From Kiritimatiellia bacterium (GTDB lineage Bacteria; Verrucomicrobiota; Kiritimatiellia; RFP12; UBA1067): a DNA stretch of 24,734 bases. Under the pieces are notes generated by a model, which saw only the letters and a program-made list of their open reading frames with translations, ran no database searches and had not been told where the DNA came from. Positions 1 through 8,360 of the stretch are shown here, one piece after another. The position numbers were made by a program, and so were the translations under genes. The DNA lies in assembly GCA_017385345.1 (NCBI GenBank), contig JAFNRY010000119.1, forward strand, positions 1 through 24,734. Reading direction: 5' to 3'. Numbering within the stretch: the stretch's first letter is position 1; each line of letters starts with the position of its first letter.

Positions 1-50
1 GCCAAAGTGCAGGCGGCGACGGCCGCGGCGATAATGATTGTGTTTTTCAT
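1..50 (-). CDS. 5' end of a probable secreted protein, running off the left edge
   Basis: ATG at 50 reads MKNTIIIAAAVAACTL, a basic-then-hydrophobic signal-peptide start like other secreted proteins here. It is co-oriented and lies 34 nt downstream of the 85..1494 gene. Not in the ORF track, and no well-spaced RBS. Confidence 0.5.
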   Translation of the reverse strand, partial: MKNTIIIAAAVAACTL

Positions 51-84
51 GGTCGTGTCGATGTTTGTGTTATCCTGTCGATCT

Positions 85-1494
85 TCAATTTCCCGCCTGA
101 ACCGAAGCCGGCGCCGGGGCCGGGGCCGGCGTCTGCTGGCCGGCCGCGGCGGGCGCCCGCGGCGCTGCCGGCGCCGGCATCTGCACGATGGGCTGGACCG
201 CGGGCTGGACCACGGGCTGGACCATCGTGGAGGACGAGACGGAAGTCGCATCCGCCCCGGGCGCCCACGTGACGGTCTGCCATGCCGACGTGTCGAAGTT
301 GATCTTGCATCCCCTGCGGTACGCGGCCTCCGCGTAGCGCAAGGCGAGTTCCGCCCGCAGGCTTTCCTTCGCCGAATACTGGCGGAAGCCTTCGTCGGAA
401 AGTTCGAGCGCCACGTTGAACACCGCGCCGTCCTGGATGTTGACCGTCTGGGACCAGGGCTTCATCCACTGACGGGTCACGGTAAGCTGGTGCAATCCGG
501 GACGCACCTTGAATGTCCCGCCGGACGACCCGACGGCCGCTCCGTCCACCGCCACGGTGATGCCGCCCGCCACGACGCGCAGCTCCTCCTTGACTTCGCG
601 CGTCGCATCCACCGTGCCCGCGAAAGGCGCGATCATGGCGTCGAGCGTCGTGGTGACCGTAAAAGAGGCGAGCGGCCCGGCGTAGGCCGCGGGCGCGCGC
701 CAGGCCACGCTTCTCGCCGCGAGATCGGCGCCGGTGTCGCGCACCCATGCGTCGAAGAGATCGTCGAAGATCGCCATCGGATCGTCGCCGTTGCCCTGCG
801 GCACGGGACGCTTGTTGGACCAGTTGCGTCCGTAAACGCTGCCGCCGGTCGCTGCGTCGAGGACCTTGGTCGTCATTCTCAGCGTGTACACGGTTACTCC
901 GCGGTCGCCGGCCATACGGTTCATCGTCGAGGCGCCGTTTATCGAGGCGAGAAGCACGTAGTCGGCGCCGAGCATCTGGGCGACGCGCGTGACGCTGCCG
1001 CCGGTGAACAGGCCGTCAACCAACCCCGCCCGCTCCTCGGCCGTCGTCACTTTGTAGCGGTTGAAGGCGGCGCCTATCTCGGCGGAGTCCATGATCACGA
1101 AGTTGAGGCCCGCGGCTTCCGCCGCAAGACGGTCGCGGATGCTATCGACCTGATCGTCCATCATGAAGCCGCTGTCGTCGCGTCTCGCCGCCTTGGTGTT
1201 GTTCTTCACGAAAATCGCCATCACTGGCGGCTTCTGCGGCGGAGGCGGCGGCTGTTCCAACACTGCGCGAACCTCGCCTTCGAGCCGCACGACGTTCATC
1301 CCGGGATGGGCGGCCTGGACCTTCTGGCGGAACGCCTGCAGATCGGCCGACGAATCGGGATCGAGAGCCTCCCGCTGCGACACGACCGCCGGCGCCGCCG
1401 GTTTCGCCACCTCGATTTGCGCGGCGTCCTGCGGGAACGCCGCCGCCGGTAGCATCGCCGCCGCGACCATCGCATACATTGCCATCTTGTTCAT
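85..1494 (-). CDS. Secreted protein with a CsgG/LpoB/TolB_N-like alpha/beta domain, a PEGA domain and a Pro/Ala/Gln-rich tail
   Basis: Signal peptide MNKMAMYAMVAAAMLPAAAFP, with AGGAGG 9 nt before ATG 1494. AQMLGADYVLLASI...MTTKVLDAATG is typical of CsgG/TolB_N-like folds. ITVAVDGAAVG...VRPGLHQLTVTRQWMKPWSQTVNI matches the PEGA pattern. Confidence 0.7.
   Translation of the reverse strand: MNKMAMYAMVAAAMLPAAAFPQDAAQIEVAKPAAPAVVSQREALDPDSSADLQAFRQKVQAAHPGMNVVRLEGEVRAVLEQPPPPPQKPPVMAIFVKNNTKAARRDDSGFMMDDQVDSIRDRLAAEAAGLNFVIMDSAEIGAAFNRYKVTTAEERAGLVDGLFTGGSVTRVAQMLGADYVLLASINGASTMNRMAGDRGVTVYTLRMTTKVLDAATGGSVYGRNWSNKRPVPQGNGDDPMAIFDDLFDAWVRDTGADLAARSVAWRAPAAYAGPLASFTVTTTLDAMIAPFAGTVDATREVKEELRVVAGGITVAVDGAAVGSSGGTFKVRPGLHQLTVTRQWMKPWSQTVNIQDGAVFNVALELSDEGFRQYSAKESLRAELALRYAEAAYRRGCKINFDTSAWQTVTWAPGADATSVSSSTMVQPVVQPAVQPIVQMPAPAAPRAPAAAGQQTPAPAPAPASVQAGN
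190..224. repeat. About three copies of a 12-bp tandem repeat, GGGCTGGACC(G/A)C, coding for VQPx
   Basis: gggctggaccgc gggctggaccac gggctggacca, which encodes VQPVVQPAVQPIV in the low-complexity tail of the 85..1494 protein. Confidence 0.8.
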
Positions 1495-1522
1495 TGCATC
1501 CACCTCCTGTTTTGCCGCCGCG

Positions 1523-2176
1523 TCAGAAGCAGCCGTTCACAAACGGGAAAAACGACATGTCGGCGGTCGCGATAATGTTGACGAAGCCGATCTGCAGCCC
1601 CTGGAGCCTGTCGGCTGTGTTGATCAAGCCGAACTGGAAGCCCTGCGCGTCGCGGACGCCGTTGTAGAATCCGAACTGGAAGACGTCGCCGGAATCCGCC
1701 CAGTTGGCGAAGCCGATCTGGCATCCCCGGAAGTCGCCGCCGACCCAGTTGACCGCGCCCGTGCCCAGCCCCACGCCATCGCCGTACGCTACATTGACAG
1801 CGTTGAACATCCATCCGTTGGCATGGTTGCGGGCAATACCCGCGAGGCCGAAATCGAGGCCGTCGAGATTGACGCACTCTCCGCACAGCAGATTCAACTT
1901 GAGGCCGCCGACGTCGAAATCGCGCGACGGGAACTGCAGATCCGGAACCACTGCGAACATGAAGGGGACGGTGCCGGCGCCTGCCATGCCGTTCTTCTCG
2001 ATCTGGCGCGCCGTCCGCGGCATGGCCTCCTGCGCCCCGGCCGGCATCACGCCGGTTCCGGAATTGGTGACGGGTCTTGCGCCCCTGCCGGCCTCCTGCA
2101 CCGTCGCGACGGCCGCGCTCGCGGTCGCCGCCACCGCCACAGCCGCGGCCATCGCCATAATTTTCATCTTTCTCAT
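1523..2176 (-). CDS. Secreted LA_2272/VC2662-like surface-repeat protein (Gly-rich G-x-Q-x-G-x-x-N repeats)
   Basis: Signal peptide and a GGAGG RBS. Repeats such as GCQIGFANW, VFQFGFYN, GFQFGLIN and GLQIGFVN, and a C-terminal FFPFVNGCF with terminal Phe. Confidence 0.75.
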   Translation of the reverse strand: MRKMKIMAMAAAVAVAATASAAVATVQEAGRGARPVTNSGTGVMPAGAQEAMPRTARQIEKNGMAGAGTVPFMFAVVPDLQFPSRDFDVGGLKLNLLCGECVNLDGLDFGLAGIARNHANGWMFNAVNVAYGDGVGLGTGAVNWVGGDFRGCQIGFANWADSGDVFQFGFYNGVRDAQGFQFGLINTADRLQGLQIGFVNIIATADMSFFPFVNGCF

Positions 2177-2247
2177 CTTTTCCTCCTCTCTCCCGCCGGT
2201 CCGGCGGTTTCAATTCTATCGTGTTCCGGCCGCCGCGTCTCCGCTCT

Positions 2248-3654
2248 CTACGGATTCAGCAGCGACGCCGTCTTCTTCCATGTCGCTTTCCCGCGCGCAA
2301 ACGGCGCGACGCCGACCGTCGCATACGCGTGTATGTCCGAAATCCACGCCAATACCGGACCCGGGGCGCCGGACGGAATCTCCACAGTGCAGCTTTTGCC
2401 GGTGCCCGCATTCCTGACGGTCAGCGAAGCGGCGCCCGGCGGGCAGCGGACTCTTGCGATGTGTACATGCTCCGGCAGCGTCTGCCAGCAGCGCGTATCC
2501 GCTTCATCGGTTGCGGTTCCGAAGACGTTGAAAGCCAGCACTCCGAGTTGCAGCGCGAGGTCTGTGTATGTATTTCCCGTGTTTATGTGGTTGGCGACCT
2601 GCTGGGCCGCTATCTTCACCGCGGCGCGCGCAACGTTGCGCGCCGCGATCGCCGGAATCCTGTCGCGCAGCGTCCGGTAGGCCAGCGCCTGCACGTTCAC
2701 CGCCGGAACGCATTCCGCGGCAAGTCCGCCGCCGGCCTCCACCGCAATCCGCGACGGAGGCCGCGCCGGCGCGCCGTACACCGGGAAATCCACCGACCAG
2801 AGCGTCCCGCCGAAAGGAAGCGGTATCTTCATCGGCTCCTGCAAATCAACCAGCGACTCCTCGTAAACGACCGTGACGTCAACGCCTTCTCCCGGCGGCG
2901 CGGCGGCGAACCCGGCGAGCGCCGGGCATATCGCCGCGGCCTGGCCGAAGGCGAGTTCGGCGTTGCCGTCGTCCGCGTCGATCGAAAACACCAGCCCGGC
3001 GAGATACCATGCAAGCGCGTTTTCATACGACGCCCTGGCGCCGGAAGCCACGGACGCGAGCCGCGCCTCTATCTGCGATGACGCCTTGGCCGCGTTCGCG
3101 GCGTTCTCGGATTTCTCCGCCTCCTCCGGATGTTCGCTCTCGTACTTCTCCTTCATCTGCTCCTGCGCGGTTGTCGCGCGCCGCAGATAGACGCCGGCAT
3201 TGCCGGAATCCCCGGTCTGGTACAGGTTGAACGCCTGGTAGCAAAGCGCGAAAAGCATCTCGAAGCCGGGCGTTTCGTACGGTATGGCGCGATCGTCCCT
3301 TATCGTGGAGGCCATTATGTTCCCGGCTATCTTCCCGGTTTTGAGGATGGGGCCTTCGGTGGACTCGACGAAATACTCCTCGAGATGCGGGCCGAGGACG
3401 GCCGAACTCGCCGCGAAATCCCCGCGCAGCATGTCTATCCTCGCCAATTCGAGCTTGCCGAGGGCGGAGTCGGAAGAATCGCGCGCCATTGCGGAGGCGC
3501 GCTGGAAGGCGTAGTCTCCGGTTCCGCCGCGGATGTCCTGCCTGGCGGCAAGAGCCTCCTTGTACGATGAGCGGCACCCGGCGAGGGCGATTCCCGAAAG
3601 AAGCGCCGCCGCGACGGCCGCGTCAACCCCTGACTTGCTGAACAACCCTCGCAT
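2248..3654 (-). CDS. COG3014-like uncharacterised lipoprotein (helical/TPR-like N-terminus)
   Basis: Lipobox ALAG-C. The motifs PYETPGFE, N-A-x-x-x-Y-L-x-G-L and ADTRCWQTLP match the COG3014 hallmarks Y-x-G-x-x-Y-E and ADxRxWxTLP. Confidence 0.8.
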   Translation of the reverse strand: MRGLFSKSGVDAAVAAALLSGIALAGCRSSYKEALAARQDIRGGTGDYAFQRASAMARDSSDSALGKLELARIDMLRGDFAASSAVLGPHLEEYFVESTEGPILKTGKIAGNIMASTIRDDRAIPYETPGFEMLFALCYQAFNLYQTGDSGNAGVYLRRATTAQEQMKEKYESEHPEEAEKSENAANAAKASSQIEARLASVASGARASYENALAWYLAGLVFSIDADDGNAELAFGQAAAICPALAGFAAAPPGEGVDVTVVYEESLVDLQEPMKIPLPFGGTLWSVDFPVYGAPARPPSRIAVEAGGGLAAECVPAVNVQALAYRTLRDRIPAIAARNVARAAVKIAAQQVANHINTGNTYTDLALQLGVLAFNVFGTATDEADTRCWQTLPEHVHIARVRCPPGAASLTVRNAGTGKSCTVEIPSGAPGPVLAWISDIHAYATVGVAPFARGKATWKKTASLLNP

Positions 3655-4385
3655 TATGGCGGCATTCTACCATAAAAACCGACATGGCGCGCAATCGCTT
3701 CGCCGGCCCATATCTTCCGTCCACCGACATCGAGCGAGCCGTCCTCCGCCACGCCGCCGCAAAGCCCTTCCGCCGGCGATTCGTCGCCGTCGGTCTGGAC
3801 GACGCGGACGAACTTTCCTTTGAGCAGATCGAGAGCCGCGATCCGCGGCCATATGGCCGCAAAGCCGCCGTCCTTCCATTCCGCGGCCACGCGGGCGAGC
3901 GAAGCGAGCGTCGCGTCCAAAGCCTCTTCTACTGTCATGGAGACTCCGAGCCGGGCGAGCGAAACGGCCCTGCCGGCGATCTCGGGCGCGAAGCGCGTCT
4001 GCCGGACGTTGACGCCGATTCCCGCTATGGCGTTGCCGCCGTCGCGTTCGCAAAGGATGCCTGCGAGCTTGCGCCCCGCGACAAGCACGTCGTTGGGCCA
4101 TTTCAAACCTATGCCCGCGACGGCGCCGTCGAACGCCTCCGCCACCGCGAGGCCTACCGCCAGCGGCAGCGTGGCGGCGGCCTGCGCGTCGAGCCCGGAT
4201 ACGTCGATCACGGCGCTCATGGTCAGGTTCGCGCCCGGCTCGGCCAGCCATCTGTGGCCGATCCTGCCGCGTCCCGCCGTCTGCCGGCGCGCCACGTACA
4301 CTTCGCCGGCGCGGCCTCCGCGGGCGGCGTCGTTCGTCGATTCCGTCTCGTCGAGACGTACTATCCTCCATCCGGCGAATTGCAT
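3654..4385 (-). CDS. birA: Biotin--[acetyl-CoA-carboxylase] ligase, class I (no HTH domain)
   Basis: STN, QTAGRGRIGHRW, LKWPND and RKLAGILCE motifs. Start placed at 4385 because the longer 4442 start lies upstream of, and reads through, a terminator hairpin. Confidence 0.93.
   Translation of the reverse strand: MQFAGWRIVRLDETESTNDAARGGRAGEVYVARRQTAGRGRIGHRWLAEPGANLTMSAVIDVSGLDAQAAATLPLAVGLAVAEAFDGAVAGIGLKWPNDVLVAGRKLAGILCERDGGNAIAGIGVNVRQTRFAPEIAGRAVSLARLGVSMTVEEALDATLASLARVAAEWKDGGFAAIWPRIAALDLLKGKFVRVVQTDGDESPAEGLCGGVAEDGSLDVGGRKIWAGEAIARHVGFYGRMPP
3664..3672 (-). promoter_or_regulatory. Extended -10 promoter (TGGTAGAAT) for the COG3014 cluster, inside the birA 3' end
   Basis: TATGGTAGAAT lies 9 nt before ATG 3654; the same motif recurs upstream of many genes in this window. 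Confidence 0.55.
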
Positions 4386-4391
4386 CGCGTC

Positions 4392-4431
4392 AAACAAAAA
4401 CGCCGCCCGGCGGACGTGTCGCCGGACAGCG
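4392..4431 (-). terminator. Rho-independent terminator after the PVC signature protein gene
   Basis: 12-bp stem cgctgtccggcg / cgccgggcggcg (two G-U pairs), 7-nt loop, then TTTTTGTTT. Confidence 0.75.
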
Positions 4432-4454
4432 CTTTCGTTCATCTAATTTCGACA

Positions 4455-4613
4455 TCAGGCTTCGGGCTTGGTCTTCTTCAGACCGAGACCGCGGCTGCTG
4501 CCTTCCTTCCATTCGCCACGCTTGACGAGAAGGTTGACGCGTTCAAAACGCTTGAGTACGTTCCTGCGGGACGTTATCTTCCCGGTTCCTTTGAGTGACG
4601 GATGCTGGCTCAT
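4455..4613 (-). CDS. PVC superphylum signature protein / small basic protein (TIGR04137-like), 52 aa
   Basis: Hand translation: MSQHPSLKGTGKITSRRNVLKRFERVNLLVKRGEWKEGSSRGLGLKKTKPEA. The MSxHxSL...RNVLKRxER...W...GLxK pattern is the family signature. Absent from the ORF track. Confidence 0.9.
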   Translation of the reverse strand: MSQHPSLKGTGKITSRRNVLKRFERVNLLVKRGEWKEGSSRGLGLKKTKPEA

Positions 4614-4644
4614 TTTCTATCGTTCCTTTGCTTACAGGCCGTAG

Positions 4645-4653
4645 ATTCTATCA
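4645..4653 (-). promoter_or_regulatory. Extended -10 (TGATAGAAT) for the signature protein gene
   Basis: The TGA stop of the PPIase gene supplies the TG of the extended -10; TAGAAT is at 4650-4645. Confidence 0.55.
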
Positions 4654-5958
4654 TTTTGCCGGAGGTTTTGCAACCGGTTTTTCAGCCGGCTTCTCCGCCG
4701 GCTTCGGAGCCTCCGGCTTCGGAGCCCCGGCCGCGGCGGCCGACTTTTCGGCCGGCTTCGGGGCTGCGGCCGGTTTTTCGGCGGGTTTCGGAGCGGGCGG
4801 CGGAAGAGCCTGCTCCACGGACACCGGCTTGGACTCGATCTTTTTCGGAACGGTCTTCGGCGGCTTCGGCGGCTCCGGCTTGGGCGGAAGAACCGACTTG
4901 TATTCGTCGGCCGCCTCTATCTTCGCCGCGCCCATCTTGCCGAGGACGTAGTCGCGCGCCCTGGAGCCGTTGCTGCCCCTCTTGATGTTCTCGACCGCCT
5001 CCTCGAGCTTCGGGACTTCGCGCTTCGCGCCGGTCTTCACGAGAATGTGGCTGGCGCGGACCTTGCTGCCGTCGGCGCTCTTGTCGGTCGTCATTACGAG
5101 ATGCCAGCCGAACTGCGTCTTGACCGGATCGGAAATCTTGCCTTTCTCGAGCGCGAAGGCGGTTTCGTCGAACTCCTTGACCATCGCCCCGTGCCCGAAC
5201 TCGCCGAGATCGCCGCCCTTTGCGGAAGACGGGCAGGCGGAGTTGGCCTTGGCCAGCTCGGCGAACTTCTCCGCTTTCTTCGACTCTTCGGTGGCGTCGA
5301 GGATCTTCTTGAACCCTTCGATCTTGGCTTTCGCCGCCGCGTCGTCGAGCACCCCGGCGTTCTGCGCCTCGATCTCCGCAATGCGCTTCTTGGCTTCTTC
5401 CGTGTAGTCCGTGGCATCCTTGTCGAAGACCTGCGTCTTAAGGAGCCAGTCGATGGCGATGCCGGCCTTTATCTCGGCGAGCGCTCCCTCCTTGCCTTCC
5501 GGATGCTGGGCGAAGATTTCATCGCGGCTCTTGGGCGCGTCGGGAATGTTCGCATACTGCTTGAGCATTTCGCCGATGCGCTTGTCCACGTCGGCGTCGC
5601 CGGCCTTGAAACCGAGCTTCGCCGCTTCGCCGCCGAGCACTTCGGTCATGACGAACTGCTGCGCGTACTGCATCCCGATCTGCCTCTTCGCGATTTCCTT
5701 CTGGCCTTCGGGGATTCTGGCGCCGTGCTTCTCGAGCACCTTGGCGACGTAGGCGTCGATTGCGCCGAAAGTAAGTTTCTTGCCGTCCACCGTGATGGCG
5801 GCGTCCTCCGGATTGTGCGCCGGCGCCGCCGGTTTCGCCTCGGCCGCCGCCGGTGCCGCCGGCTCCGCCGCCGCCGCTTTCTCCGGCGCCTTCCCGTCTC
5901 CGCATCCGGCCGCGAGGATCGCCGCGGCCGCCGCCGCCGCAAATTCAAGCTTCTTCAT
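4651..5958 (-). CDS. SurA/PrsA-like parvulin peptidyl-prolyl isomerase lipoprotein
   Basis: Lipobox LAAG-C, a SurA-like helical N-domain, and parvulin motifs FAELAKANSACPSSAKGGDLGEF...PVKTQFGWHLV. Long Pro/Ala/Lys/Glu tail. Confidence 0.9.
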   Translation of the reverse strand: MKKLEFAAAAAAAILAAGCGDGKAPEKAAAAEPAAPAAAEAKPAAPAHNPEDAAITVDGKKLTFGAIDAYVAKVLEKHGARIPEGQKEIAKRQIGMQYAQQFVMTEVLGGEAAKLGFKAGDADVDKRIGEMLKQYANIPDAPKSRDEIFAQHPEGKEGALAEIKAGIAIDWLLKTQVFDKDATDYTEEAKKRIAEIEAQNAGVLDDAAAKAKIEGFKKILDATEESKKAEKFAELAKANSACPSSAKGGDLGEFGHGAMVKEFDETAFALEKGKISDPVKTQFGWHLVMTTDKSADGSKVRASHILVKTGAKREVPKLEEAVENIKRGSNGSRARDYVLGKMGAAKIEAADEYKSVLPPKPEPPKPPKTVPKKIESKPVSVEQALPPPAPKPAEKPAAAPKPAEKSAAAAGAPKPEAPKPAEKPAEKPVAKPPAK

Positions 5959-6643
5959 AGAGTTTTCCTTGTCCTTGTGTTGTTGCCGCCATCAACGCCG
6001 CCCTCCTGGTCCGGGGAACGCCGTCAAGGTGGAAATCATAGAATACACCAATTGCCCTTGCCGTGTCCAGCAGAATTTTCCCGTCGCTCTCCCGTTCCGG
6101 CGCGTCCAGGCACCGCGCCACCTCCTCCCTGACGGGGATGGAGCGCTCTCCGCGCAGGGCGAAAACGCCGGTTCTGGCCTCTACCGCCGGCTCGAGGCCG
6201 GCCAGGGCGAGAGCGCGCGTTTCAAACGAGACGATGTCTTGCAGGATGCTCCCGCCCTGGCGCTCGAGGCGGTCGAGAGCGCCGTCGAGCAGCGAAAACC
6301 AGTCCGCGGCGCCGGGGCCCGGCGCCGCGAGCCGGGCCGCCACTTCGCGGAAATGCTCCGCGGCGGCGAGCCGCCGCCAGTCCCCCCTCAGAGATTCGCG
6401 CAGTTTCAGGGGCGAACATTCCCGAAGCGCGTGAAGGCCTCCGCGCGAACGGACGTAGTACACGATTTCGCAGAGGTAGTTGAGGTCGTACTGTCCGAGA
6501 AAGAAGCTCTTGGACCGCGCCGCCCCTTTCACCATGGCATCAACCGGCCCTTCGCGCGCGAGCCATTTCACCACGTGGCTCGTCTGCGACCACGGCGCGA
6601 TGGAAAGGCATATCGCTTCGGTCTTCAGCGTCTCGCCGGCCAA
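5945..6643 (-). CDS. recO: DNA repair protein RecO
   Basis: TEAICLSIAPWSQTSHVVKWL...VKGAARSKS OB-fold pattern followed by a helical region. TTG start with a GGAGG RBS. Confidence 0.85.
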   Translation of the reverse strand: MAGETLKTEAICLSIAPWSQTSHVVKWLAREGPVDAMVKGAARSKSFFLGQYDLNYLCEIVYYVRSRGGLHALRECSPLKLRESLRGDWRRLAAAEHFREVAARLAAPGPGAADWFSLLDGALDRLERQGGSILQDIVSFETRALALAGLEPAVEARTGVFALRGERSIPVREEVARCLDAPERESDGKILLDTARAIGVFYDFHLDGVPRTRRAALMAATTQGQGKLYEEA

Positions 6644-6674
6644 GGACTTCCTCCCTTCCGCGCGGCGGGCGCCC

Positions 6675-7886
6675 CTACGCCGGCACCCCGCACAACCTGC
6701 CGCCTTTCGCGCTGCGAACCGCTATTTTCGCCAGCGACTTCCTTTCCGGCCTGCCGCCGGGCCACGCAGCGCAATACCCCTTCGACACTTCGCACCAGAG
6801 CCGCTGCGACGTCCATCCCGCCGTCGTCTCCGCGTCTTCCACCACTATCTCGACCGTCTTGCCGCGGAATCCGGCGGCGAATGCCGACTTCGCCTTCTCC
6901 GCGATTCCCGAAAGATCGCGCGCGCGGGCCGAGCGGACTTCCCGCGGAAGACCGCCGGACATCGCGGCGGCCGCCGTCCCGGGGCGCGTGGAATACGGAA
7001 ACACATGGGCGGCGGTAAATCCGGAATCCTCGAGAAGCTGTCGGGAAAGAAAATGGTCGTATTCCGATTCGCCCGGGAAGCCGGCTATCATATCGCATCC
7101 GAGCGCGATCCCGGGCATCGCCTTTTGCGCGGCCGCGGCGAGCGCGCGCACGTCCCTCGCGAAATAGGGCCTTTTCATCGCCGCGAGAATCCTGTCGGAG
7201 CCGGACTGCACGGAAAGATGGAGAAAACGGCAGGCGGTGGGCGAAGCCGCCATCGCGGAAACGGTCTCGCCCGCGATTGCGCCGGGCTCCACCGAACCGA
7301 GCCTTATCCTGCAGCCGCCGACCGAACACAGCGCCTCCACGAGCTCCGGCAGACGCCTGCCGCCGGACGAATACTGCGCGAGATTGCACCCGGTCACGAC
7401 GATTTCGCGATAGCCCGCCTCCACGAACCGTTTGGCCCTGTCCACCGCGTCGTCGAACGGAACCGACGCCGAGGACGAACGGAACTGCGGCACGATGCAG
7501 AACGCGCACTTGGAGTTGCAGCCGTCCTGCACCTTGAGCCACGCCCTGGCGGTGGAGACGGGGACCGGCTGCGGGCGCGCGCCCCCGGCGGCCGACGCCC
7601 CGCCTCCGTCCTTGAGCAGGGCGTCTATCAGGAATTCATTGCTTCTCGAGGCGGTGCATCCCGTCACAACAATGCGCTTGGCCGGATAGAGGGCCTTGAG
7701 CCTGACTATGTATTTCTCGCATTCCCTCTGCGCGGCCGACGTCACGCTGCACGCGCGCACGACGACGAGATCCGCGTCCTGCGAATGCTCCGCCGCCGTC
7801 CATCCGGCGGCGGCGAAGCGGGCCTCGAGATCCAGGGATTCGGCTTTGTTCAGCCTGCAGCCGAACGTCTTGAAGCGGACTTTCAC
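6675..7886 (-). CDS. mtaB: tRNA methylthiotransferase, MiaB/MtaB family radical SAM (most like MtaB)
   Basis: UPF0004 N-domain TFGCRLNKAES...CSVT...VTGC; LKVQDGCNSKCAFC (CxxxCxxC); AHVFPYSTRPGT. Confidence 0.8.
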   Translation of the reverse strand: MKVRFKTFGCRLNKAESLDLEARFAAAGWTAAEHSQDADLVVVRACSVTSAAQRECEKYIVRLKALYPAKRIVVTGCTASRSNEFLIDALLKDGGGASAAGGARPQPVPVSTARAWLKVQDGCNSKCAFCIVPQFRSSSASVPFDDAVDRAKRFVEAGYREIVVTGCNLAQYSSGGRRLPELVEALCSVGGCRIRLGSVEPGAIAGETVSAMAASPTACRFLHLSVQSGSDRILAAMKRPYFARDVRALAAAAQKAMPGIALGCDMIAGFPGESEYDHFLSRQLLEDSGFTAAHVFPYSTRPGTAAAAMSGGLPREVRSARARDLSGIAEKAKSAFAAGFRGKTVEIVVEDAETTAGWTSQRLWCEVSKGYCAAWPGGRPERKSLAKIAVRSAKGGRLCGVPA

Positions 7887-8360
7887 CTATTTGTCGAAAA
7901 CAAAGAGGATGGCCATGTTGGCTATGTTGAAAAGAGAGTGGTTGACGACCGCGCACCAAAGCCGGTCCGTATTGAAATACAGGCGGCACTGGATCAGGCC
8001 GAAAATGAAAAGCGCGATGAAAGCGTTATCCGGCCTGGCGGCGAAGAGGTAGTGGGCGCCGGCGAAGGCGAGCGAGGAGGCGACGGCCGCGGCGCGCGGG
8101 CTGGCCGCCCCGGCGCGTTTCCAGAAGAACCAGCGGAAGAGCGCCTCCTCCCAGATCGGCGCGGCCACGGCGACGTACGACACGAAATACACGAACCGCA
8201 TGTTCCAGCCGGCCATCTTGCGGACGAGATCGACGCTCGTCTGGTCGCGCAACTCGAACCCGAGCAGGTTTCCGGCCTGCTCGGTCGCCCAGCATACCGC
8301 CGCGCAGACGGCGACGGACACTACGAGCCACTTCAGTATCTGCTTGACGGCGTCTTTCAC
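7887..8360 (-). CDS. CPBP family (CAAX/Abi) intramembrane glutamic endopeptidase
   Basis: APIWEEALFR, FAGAH and H-x-x-x-N (NHSLFN) motifs. GTG at 8360 overlaps the aspS stop (GTGA). Confidence 0.85.
   Translation of the reverse strand: MKDAVKQILKWLVVSVAVCAAVCWATEQAGNLLGFELRDQTSVDLVRKMAGWNMRFVYFVSYVAVAAPIWEEALFRWFFWKRAGAASPRAAAVASSLAFAGAHYLFAARPDNAFIALFIFGLIQCRLYFNTDRLWCAVVNHSLFNIANMAILFVFDK

Noticed and set aside
190-224. 12-bp repeat as a phase-variation locus
   Set aside because: The unit length is a multiple of 3, the copies are degenerate, and it sits in a disordered tail; it cannot switch the frame.
7-1452. Long plus-strand ORFs such as 7..1452, 1163..2680, 6480..8459, 8426..10345, 10465..11601 and 22284..24182, plus off-frame ORFs 19893..21530 and 20423..22123
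   Set aside because: Arg/Gly/Ala/Pro-rich shadows of well-supported genes, expected in high-GC DNA; no recognisable motifs or RBS.
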